Notes under the pieces: generated by a model | What the model was told of the DNA's origin: nothing | The model's database searches: none | The model's input: the letters and a program-made list of their open reading frames with translations, nothing else | Source: an uncultured Chlamydiae bacterium | Lineage (GTDB): Bacteria > Chlamydiota > Chlamydiia > Chlamydiales > SM23-39 | Assembly: GCA_963828125.1 (NCBI GenBank) | Contig: CAWHDP010000002.1 | Coordinates: 1,536,001-1,600,000, forward strand | Reading direction: 5' to 3' | DNA length: 64,000 nucleotides | Made by a program: the position numbers and the translations under genes | Shown: in pieces, positions 56,329-64,000 of the stretch | Numbering within the stretch: the first letter of the stretch is position 1 | Layout of the letters: each line of letters opens with the position of its first letter

Positions 56329-58278
56329 TTAGGATGTTGGCTTTTGAGATGACGTATCTAACCATTCCAAGAAAGTCTGTTTGTGCGCTTGCCATTCCGG
56401 TTTTTCAAATATTTTATTATTCAGGCATTTTGCAATTTTCCGGGGTGTACAATAACGTAGAAAACCCTTGGCAATAAACCGGCTGAACTTCTGTATCTCT
56501 CCCTTTTTGATAAGCCACCTGAACCAGCGGTTTGCTTTATCTGCTAACGTTGTGACGATCTTATCTCTACCTGCCAGTGTTGGATTCTGCAGATAGTTGT
56601 GCAGAGCAGTCATGGAACAATGGTATTGCAAGTCCCTATCCGTAAATTCTTGGAACTGTGTTGTGTTTGTATTTTTGATCATGGCACGAAGGATGTAATC
56701 TGCAAGGGTCTTTGCTCCTCGCTGGGTAGGCCATCTATTTATCAAAGTATCAGCATTCTCTAGGTCCAATGATAGCGCTTCCGCTAATCGTTGCAGAGGG
56801 AAGTCGGTTGGTTTCTTTGTTGTACTTGTTGTATAGGCCTCGATCCAAGTGTAGGCCCGCTTTATTAGCTCCTCGTGGTTCTCATCAATCGTAGGGGGAA
56901 TTTGATCAGAGGAAGGGGGATGTGCATCAAGATGCCGAACGAGGTTTTGGTAGTTTTGCTCAACGGCTATCTGAAATAATTGCTCGTGTAATTCTCGCGT
57001 TAGATTGTCTCGGCCCAATTGCTGCTCGAGTGTTTTGGGGATATTATCTATATCCGCATCGAGGAGTCTAGCGAGTTCGGCTGTAGCCAACGTAGGTGGG
57101 GGGGAGTTGTACGAGTGCCGCGTCTGATTAGGCATAGTGTGATTCGAAATCGTTGGAGAAGACAGGGAATCATTTGTAGTGTGTGGCGTCGATCGCCCAT
57201 GGCCATCTGGAATAAGGGGATTAGACACTTCGCCCGATAGGTGGTTCCTTGGGCTGGGCCCGTATTCTGGATCGGACAAGAAATCTTTCCATAGGATCTC
57301 TCGGAGGCTCCTCGTGCCCGCTCTCCATTCTCTTTGTTCTTCCGAGGTAAGAGATGTTTTGATCATACGCAATATCTCCTCGAGATCGGCCTCAAAATCT
57401 GTTGCTATCGCCATTATCGTCACAAAAGAAGGCGGCGTCTGATGCGAGAGCTGCTCTACTCTGCAATATACCGAGAGCAAAGAGGGATTTTTTGTCTGAA
57501 GGCGTTGGTTTTTAAAGAGGGTGGAGCACAAGCCGTCTATCCGGACTATTGCGGCCTCGATGGTTATATTCTGGAACCAAGTATATCCCTGGAAGGGAGG
57601 AGCCAGCCGACTCAATAGATTCATAACGCTTTGTAATCTTTGCAGGCAACTCAATTCACTTGGAGTTACCTCTGGTTGGAGTAGTGTTGTGTCAATAAAT
57701 GGTTCTTTCTCATCTGGATTCGGTTCCGTCGGAACAGGATGATGAGCGGGCTTCAATTGCTTATTTGGCTTGGGAGAGGGGGGCGACTGCGCTATGCTCT
57801 GGGAAAACTGCTCAGAAATCTTTTGCACTGTCCCCAGTAATTCATCTGAAGCAGGAGGTCGCCGATTCACCATCTCCTTTACTCTGCCAATCAAGGCATT
57901 CAATTGAGGGTTGTTAACAGCAAGGGACTGTATGCCTGAGTCGTCGCATGAACTCAAGATCCTCAAGAACAGACCAAATAGGCTCCGTGTATTCAGAAGG
58001 GGTTCCTGGTTGCCAGGGTCAGCACACCATACCTTGATCTGCATCGCAAAATCTTGTAAATGACGAATACATCTTTCTTCTAACGATAATTCATGTGTTA
58101 GTGGATGGATTGTGGAAGATAATGGCGATGTCCGGGGACTATGATCTGGGTTAACGGGGGCATCAACTAATGGCCCGTCATTAGAGCGACACTCTCCCTC
58201 GCTAGGGAAGCCTACTCTGTAGTACAGTCCGAGATAGGGATTGTTCCCATATCGGGAAGGGGGCAAGTTCGAATTCAA
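56329..58278 (-). CDS. hypothetical protein (paralog of 58430-60148)
   Basis: 649-aa ORF with a TTG start, Pro/Ser-rich linkers and a shared C-terminal region. Confidence 0.8.
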   Translation of the reverse strand: MNSNLPPSRYGNNPYLGLYYRVGFPSEGECRSNDGPLVDAPVNPDHSPRTSPLSSTIHPLTHELSLEERCIRHLQDFAMQIKVWCADPGNQEPLLNTRSLFGLFLRILSSCDDSGIQSLAVNNPQLNALIGRVKEMVNRRPPASDELLGTVQKISEQFSQSIAQSPPSPKPNKQLKPAHHPVPTEPNPDEKEPFIDTTLLQPEVTPSELSCLQRLQSVMNLLSRLAPPFQGYTWFQNITIEAAIVRIDGLCSTLFKNQRLQTKNPSLLSVYCRVEQLSHQTPPSFVTIMAIATDFEADLEEILRMIKTSLTSEEQREWRAGTRSLREILWKDFLSDPEYGPSPRNHLSGEVSNPLIPDGHGRSTPHTTNDSLSSPTISNHTMPNQTRHSYNSPPPTLATAELARLLDADIDNIPKTLEQQLGRDNLTRELHEQLFQIAVEQNYQNLVRHLDAHPPSSDQIPPTIDENHEELIKRAYTWIEAYTTSTTKKPTDFPLQRLAEALSLDLENADTLINRWPTQRGAKTLADYILRAMIKNTNTTQFQEFTDRDLQYHCSMTALHNYLQNPTLAGRDKIVTTLADKANRWFRWLIKKGEIQKFSRFIAKGFLRYCTPRKIAKCLNNKIFEKPEWQAHKQTFLEWLDTSSQKPTS

Positions 58279-58429
58279 GTTAATATTCCAATGTTATTTA
58301 AGGAAGATTCAATGATAAAATTATATGTCGCGCTAAAGATGGATCGACTCGAGGAAAAAATAGTAATGCAATTCTCGCCCGACCCAACTACCGGCTCCGG
58401 GGAAATAATATTTTCTGAGCCTTCTAAAA

Positions 58430-60148
58430 TTACCGCGTGTTCGGTGCTACTGATGGCACTGTTGTCTCCGTAGTGGGTGAGCCAGTAAGACTCTCCGCTA
58501 GCTCGCTATTCGCATTACCTACGCCTCCATCATGATAATCCGCTGTTAATTCCTCATTGCTATCGGACGTCTTTGGATCTACCAACTGCGCCTCGATCTT
58601 TAGTTTAAGATCCTGGAATTGAGTGGTAAATGGCTCTTTTTGCAACGCGTACCGGATCGTGGTATATTGGCAAAAACCTATAAGGTTATTATCGATAAAT
58701 TTTTCCATGATTGTGCGCGTAAGGGATTTCACAATGAGGCTGAATAGCTCGTCAGCAATCATTCGTGATTGGTTTTGAAAAATGGGGTGCTCCAATATCT
58801 GTTCAGCATTGTCTAAATGATTTTGCAATGCCTTGGCTAGATCTCGATATGGAATGGCGCTTGGTGTTATTTGAGTTGAAATACATCTTTGCATCTCAGT
58901 ATTGGCCCTATTCATTACCTCGTCAGGATCAAAATTTTTAATCGATATGGGAGCGTCTCCCATCCAGCCAGGATCTGTCCTTTGTTCTTTACTTTCGAAT
59001 GTTTCTGATCGTAATCTTTTGGGGAAACTGGCCCCAGAAGGAGTGGTGTCAAGATATCGCTTGAGATTCGATAGCTTCAGCATCTCTGCTTGTTCCAGTA
59101 GGTGTTGACGCAATTCTAGCGATAAGTGGCGTTGCCCCATCACTTCCTGAATGAGTTCAAAGTCATCGGTTTGAAGTACTGCCATGAGTGCCTCCAAATT
59201 CTCATTCTCTACGGAGTTAGGCAGGGAAGAGAATTCTTCCGGTTGACTCAGCAATGCGGCGAAGGCAGTGGGAGATGCTTCCGGAACAATAGACGGAACC
59301 CGATTTTCGGAAAGCAGATCATCTCGTTTTAGCAACTTAGCGATGCGAGCCAGGATGATCCCAGGGAGCATGTTGGTGTTCAGCGCATGCTGCAGATCGC
59401 TCCACGCATTCGATCGTTCTACATATTCTGGTTTTAAGCCAGCCCCTCTGTTGTCGCCTACAAATAGTGAATTGGTCATATCGAGAAATAAGTTAACAAT
59501 TGGTTTCTCCGCTTTAACAAAAGATATATTCGCCTCTCTGGAGAGCTTCAGCAGAACAGAACCTGCAGAACTGTGTCGCTTTTCCAAAAGGGCGTCCACT
59601 TTTTGAAGCGCCAAGGTCATCGAATCGTTTTTATTGACGAACCCTTTCATTGAGGGGCGCAAAGACTGAATACGCGTCAGTAAATTTTGTAGATCGTCCA
59701 TTTTAATCAAAATAAAATGCGTTGGATCGCTCCTATCAACGGGCTCTTTTGCAAGAAGCCTTTCCATCCATCCTAATATCGCAGCACATTCACCTTCAAT
59801 GAGATGGTGATATTCTTGCACAGTGTCTACGACGGCTACCTCGTCAGTAGGCCGTAGTTTTTTTTTACACAGATTTGAAATCGTTTCGGTTCTTTGGCGA
59901 ATGGCTCTCCATGTTGTCTCGGGCGATCTCTGATAGTAATCAATATTTTCGCAATCTTTGAGTATTTGAGCCGCTAATATGTGCATAGATCCCGTGTGTA
60001 ATGGAACCGCGTCGAATAAAACCCGAATCGACTCCATAAATAGAATTCGATTTTTGATCGCCAAAGGATCTTGGAGCATTCTGTCGATGGTTGAAACAAT
60101 GTCGTCGGATAAAGAGAGTATTTTCAAATCCAAAGGGGAAAGTGACAT
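58430..60148 (-). CDS. hypothetical protein (paralog of 56329-58278)
   Basis: Start re-placed at MSLSPLD after AAGGA, which removes the overlap with recB. Confidence 0.8.
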   Translation of the reverse strand: MSLSPLDLKILSLSDDIVSTIDRMLQDPLAIKNRILFMESIRVLFDAVPLHTGSMHILAAQILKDCENIDYYQRSPETTWRAIRQRTETISNLCKKKLRPTDEVAVVDTVQEYHHLIEGECAAILGWMERLLAKEPVDRSDPTHFILIKMDDLQNLLTRIQSLRPSMKGFVNKNDSMTLALQKVDALLEKRHSSAGSVLLKLSREANISFVKAEKPIVNLFLDMTNSLFVGDNRGAGLKPEYVERSNAWSDLQHALNTNMLPGIILARIAKLLKRDDLLSENRVPSIVPEASPTAFAALLSQPEEFSSLPNSVENENLEALMAVLQTDDFELIQEVMGQRHLSLELRQHLLEQAEMLKLSNLKRYLDTTPSGASFPKRLRSETFESKEQRTDPGWMGDAPISIKNFDPDEVMNRANTEMQRCISTQITPSAIPYRDLAKALQNHLDNAEQILEHPIFQNQSRMIADELFSLIVKSLTRTIMEKFIDNNLIGFCQYTTIRYALQKEPFTTQFQDLKLKIEAQLVDPKTSDSNEELTADYHDGGVGNANSELAESLTGSPTTETTVPSVAPNTR

Positions 60149-60230
60149 TTTGTGAATCCTTAAAATTGGTACGCGGGATTCTACACCATCTATCGAATAG
60201 TTCACAAGAAAAGAATGCTCCATATAACAT

Positions 60231-63185
60231 ATGTCGAATATGCAGACGTTTGATTGTTTAGCTCTCGATTGTCCTTTATTCGGCCCCCATTTACTTGAGG
60301 CCTCTGCGGGGACTGGCAAAACTTTTTCGATCGAACATATTTATGTCCGATTCATTCTAGAAGCGATGGAGGTGGAGCAGATTCTTGCTGTCACTTTCAC
60401 GAAAGCAGCCACACGCGAATTGAAGGGGCGGATCCGGAACAATCTCGAAAAGGCGATCCGGTTCATCAAAACATCTCAGACCCCTTGGGACTATTTGAAG
60501 CCTCATCTGGGTTCTCAATCGGCTGTGAGGCTCTTAACCGATGCTCTTGCGACATTTGATCGGCATCAGATTTTTACGATCCACGGGTTTTGCTACCGGA
60601 TGCTTAAAGAGTTCGCTTTTGAGGCTAATGTGGGCTCTCTTTCCAATCCAGACGAAGAGAATTCCATTCCAGAAAGGCTTCGGCGGGCCGTTTCCGATTT
60701 TCTCCGTCTCGGGATCGATGATGGCCTCCTTGCTCCGGAACAAGTCGCCCTCCTCTTCAAAGAATTTGACTCTGTGGAAGAGGTCGCAGATAGGCTTCTT
60801 CGAATGGAAGATGATCGTTTAAGTTATTCGTTTTCAGAGTGTTACGATAAATGTAAAGCGGCTTTACAACAGTGGAGAGGTCCTCCGCTTGCCGAAGAGA
60901 TGCTTCTCGAGGATTTTCACGCCTTGGAGAAGAATTATAAATCTGGCGTAAGGGGAGATTTTGAAATACAGGTGCGAGGTTTGGTAAACGGCTCCCTATT
61001 TCCAAAATTGCTCAAAGAGAGGGGGACGATTTTCGATTTTCTCGCGCCGGAGAACCGGAAAGTGCGGGCTAAAGAGCCGACGTCTCTCCATTATCCTGGC
61101 TTTTTCGATTGGGCGAGGGATCGGATGGGTCCGTGGATCAACCAAAAAGTTTTCCCCATTTTGCAAAAAGCCTGGAATCCAATTGGGGAAAAGGTTCTGG
61201 ATGAAGAGGAGTATTTTGATCCAGATGAACTGATTGCGCGGATGAAAAAAGCGATCGATCAAGAGCCGCTTGCCGAACGGATTAGAAGCAAGTACAAAGC
61301 GGCTATCATCGATGAGTTTCAAGATACCGATACTCTCCAGTGGGAAATTTTTCAAAAATTATTTCTCCATCCATCTCTTCGCGCCTTTTACTTAGTAGGA
61401 GACCCGAAACAATCGATCTACCGTTTCCGGAAAGCGGATGTATACACTTATATCAAAGCGCGGAATGTTTTAGGTGAGGAGGCGCTCTATCGGCTGGGTA
61501 CCAATTTCCGTTCTTCGAAAAGTTTGATCGGCGCCTTGAACGCCCTATTTGCCCGCGAATGGCTTGATTTGCCGAAAATGGGTGTACAGCTCCCCTATTA
61601 TCCGGTGCAAGCGGGCGCAAATATTGAGTCCGATTTTCTGGACCAGAAGGGGGCGATCCATTTTTTCATGGCTGAGGGAGAGCCGGGTCCTTTATTCGAC
61701 GAGGCATTTCTCCCTTACGTAGTGGAGGAAATAGAACGGCTGGAGTTAAAAGGGTGCGCCCTTTTGGTCAAAGATCGTTTTCAAGCCCAAAAAGCGGTCG
61801 ATCTCTTGCAAAAACGGGGCCTTTCTGCAGTGGCGCGGAGCCACATTCCGATTGGACAGACGGAGGCGTTCCGTGCAGTTGAAGAGCTCTTCTCTGCGGT
61901 CCTCTCTCCGCATGATTCGAACGCCGCTGCGATCCTGATGGCAGGCCCCTTCGGGCAGCCCGATCTTTCATTGGGCGAGTTAAAAAACATCTTAGAAGAG
62001 AAGGGGTTAGTCCCTTTTGCCAAAAAATTCCCCCTCAATGCCGATGCAACGCAGATTTTCGAGCACCTATTTGCCTGGGAACAGGGCGAGGGGTTTTCTG
62101 TCCAAGGATTGAAACGATGTCTAACGCGGCTCAAAACGCTCGAAGCGGATGAAGGGGGCCGCCATCGGACGGAGGTCGACGCAGAGGCGGTTCAAATCAT
62201 GACGCTCCACATTAGCAAAGGGCTTGAATTCGATGTAGTGTTTGCTTTAGGCCTTGTTTCCAGGACTCCTGCATCGGAAGAGGCCGACGAGGCCGATGCA
62301 GAAAAAAAACGGCAGCTTTATGTGGCGATGACGCGGGCCAAAAAGCGGCTCTATGTACCCATCGCCCTTTCGAAAAAAGAGGCAGAGAAAGGAACCCATG
62401 CGCCGATTGAGTTGTTTGCGCGCCATTTCGAGGGAGCGTTTACCGAACAACTCTTGGCTCTTGCGGAACGGGAGTCGATCACTTTAGAGTCGATCTCTTC
62501 CCCGATCTCTTTAATTCCCCCCGTTGTTGCTAAAAAACAGCAGGCGCCCTCAGCTCCGGCTCTTATTCCACATCCATTTACCCCCCTCTTCCTCGCCTCC
62601 TTTACCACCCTTGCCAAACCACAAAAAGTGGAGTGGACTCAGATGGAGAGCGATCCGTGTCAGTTCACAATGCAAACGATGCCGCGAGGCTCCGATACAG
62701 GGATTGTGATCCACAAGATTTTTGAGACTCTATTTAGGGGCTCGCGTGGGGCGGCAGAGATCCATACAGCGGTTGAGGGCCATGTCCGTTCGTCGTCTCT
62801 TGCCCCTTGGAAAGGGGCTATTGAGCAAATGGTTCAAGAGACGATCTCCCTGCCGCTCCAAGGGGATGGAGAATGGTTCACGCTCGCCGAGATCGATCGA
62901 TTTCAGGTCGAGATGGAATTTCTCTTTACGGACGAACAGTTCGTAAAAGGGTTCATCGATCTTGTCTTTTATCGCCGAAATAAGGTCTATTTTCTCGATT
63001 GGAAGACGAATTGGCTCGAAGAATATGGACAAGCGGCATTGCAAAAAGCGATGGAGGCTCACGATTATGGGCTCCAAGCTTCGCTCTATGCTGAGGCGAT
63101 CCGACGGCACTTCAAACGGGATTTTGGTAGAGCTTATTATGTGTTTGTGAGAGGCGGCGCTGTCTATTCTCCTTGTGTTTTTTAG
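60231..63185 (+). CDS. recB: exodeoxyribonuclease V beta subunit
   Basis: LEASAGTGKT, VTFT.AAT.EL, DEFQDTD, VGDPKQSIYRFR, YVAMTRAK and nuclease GFIDL...DWKTN motifs. Confidence 0.96.
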   Translation: MSNMQTFDCLALDCPLFGPHLLEASAGTGKTFSIEHIYVRFILEAMEVEQILAVTFTKAATRELKGRIRNNLEKAIRFIKTSQTPWDYLKPHLGSQSAVRLLTDALATFDRHQIFTIHGFCYRMLKEFAFEANVGSLSNPDEENSIPERLRRAVSDFLRLGIDDGLLAPEQVALLFKEFDSVEEVADRLLRMEDDRLSYSFSECYDKCKAALQQWRGPPLAEEMLLEDFHALEKNYKSGVRGDFEIQVRGLVNGSLFPKLLKERGTIFDFLAPENRKVRAKEPTSLHYPGFFDWARDRMGPWINQKVFPILQKAWNPIGEKVLDEEEYFDPDELIARMKKAIDQEPLAERIRSKYKAAIIDEFQDTDTLQWEIFQKLFLHPSLRAFYLVGDPKQSIYRFRKADVYTYIKARNVLGEEALYRLGTNFRSSKSLIGALNALFAREWLDLPKMGVQLPYYPVQAGANIESDFLDQKGAIHFFMAEGEPGPLFDEAFLPYVVEEIERLELKGCALLVKDRFQAQKAVDLLQKRGLSAVARSHIPIGQTEAFRAVEELFSAVLSPHDSNAAAILMAGPFGQPDLSLGELKNILEEKGLVPFAKKFPLNADATQIFEHLFAWEQGEGFSVQGLKRCLTRLKTLEADEGGRHRTEVDAEAVQIMTLHISKGLEFDVVFALGLVSRTPASEEADEADAEKKRQLYVAMTRAKKRLYVPIALSKKEAEKGTHAPIELFARHFEGAFTEQLLALAERESITLESISSPISLIPPVVAKKQQAPSAPALIPHPFTPLFLASFTTLAKPQKVEWTQMESDPCQFTMQTMPRGSDTGIVIHKIFETLFRGSRGAAEIHTAVEGHVRSSSLAPWKGAIEQMVQETISLPLQGDGEWFTLAEIDRFQVEMEFLFTDEQFVKGFIDLVFYRRNKVYFLDWKTNWLEEYGQAALQKAMEAHDYGLQASLYAEAIRRHFKRDFGRAYYVFVRGGAVYSPCVF

Positions 63186-63208
63186 GCTGAGGTGATTGAA
63201 TATCCGGC

Positions 63209-63481
63209 ATGAATGGTATCCAACAAAGTTCCGGTATGCGAAATCCGTCGCCTCAGACGGATGTCGACCGATTGGATCAGGCGATCCGAGATGGGGATGA
63301 GACGCTCGTCCTGGAGTTGGCCACCCTCCTTAAGGATAACCAACAATTTATTCGGCCTGACGTCGAGTATTGGAAATTGCTCGCCAAGACGAAAGGAGCG
63401 ATCCTCACCATCATACGGAAGGCATTTGAGATGGGACAAGGTCCCATCTCTTCTGACGGCAACAATTATTGTTTAAAATAG
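63209..63481 (+). CDS. hypothetical protein
   Basis: 90-aa ORF with GAGGTG upstream; weak support. Confidence 0.4.
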   Translation: MNGIQQSSGMRNPSPQTDVDRLDQAIRDGDETLVLELATLLKDNQQFIRPDVEYWKLLAKTKGAILTIIRKAFEMGQGPISSDGNNYCLK

Positions 63482-63879
63482 GTATCGGCGAGACCTGGCG
63501 CGCTACCCAGCCATTTCCCCTCATTTTTAAAGAAGACGACATCGCCCTGATGGAAAATACGGCAAGGGCCAGAACCTGTCCCTCCCGCGTCGTACTGGTA
63601 TTCATTGACAGTGACGAGGCCGAGAGGATCTTTCGCCGGATCAAAAACTACGTCTCCGGGCACCTCTAACACCATTTGAAATCCCTTTACATAGACGAAA
63701 TAGCCAATGCTCGGGTCTTCCTTCGCGATTTCAAAAGCCCTCTCCAAGGTGATGCCCCGTTCAACTCTCACTGCATTAGTGTAATCTGAACCTTTGTATT
63801 GCGCAGTATTCGGCTCCAATTTAAATTCATTCACTATGATCTGTTCGTGAATTTCGGTGCTAGGGGGTACGTAATCCAT
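63466..63879 (-). CDS. hypothetical protein
   Basis: 137-aa ORF with an AAGGAG RBS and an AT-rich upstream region. Confidence 0.75.
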   Translation of the reverse strand: MDYVPPSTEIHEQIIVNEFKLEPNTAQYKGSDYTNAVRVERGITLERAFEIAKEDPSIGYFVYVKGFQMVLEVPGDVVFDPAKDPLGLVTVNEYQYDAGGTGSGPCRIFHQGDVVFFKNEGKWLGSAPGLADTYFKQ

Positions 63880-64000
63880 AAATATTCTCCTTTTTGGTTT
63901 CGAAAAGAAGAGTTATTTTATATGTATTGATTGATTGCTGGAAAGATAAAAAACAAATTGAAAAATACAGGAAACGATTTGATCCATTTTGGAATTCTCG

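Overview
The window is a bacterial chromosome segment from an environmental member of the Chlamydiota. The evidence is a TopA-SWIB fusion, a MOMP-family porin, the chlamydial-type gspD-E-F-pseudopilin T2SS cluster, and Inc-like and F-box effector-like genes. From left to right it holds: a surface-polysaccharide cluster (wecB, wzt/wzm, three GTs, manC); a divergent glpKD/glpF glycerol module; a Cys-His-Asp effector candidate; an O-antigen ligase/polymerase-like gene and topA; a KdoO + GT90 operon; a GH18 hydrolase; a truncated IS5; mutY; the T2SS; a large MORN-repeat protein; coaD and rsmD separated by an F-box gene; a TPR + TonB-like-anchored vWA pair; a TpsB with an atypical neighbour; and ompA-like, recC and recB, with two paralogous orphan genes between recC and recB. 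Reading the DNA directly also shows features missing from the ORF track: a family of TATAC...GTATA palindromic miniature elements, a 32-bp repeat that supplies stop codons, and two convergent small ORFs (a Pro/Gln/Lys peptide and a Cys-rich lipoprotein). No rRNA, tRNA or CRISPR array was seen. All protein-family calls come from motif recognition by eye, not from database searches.
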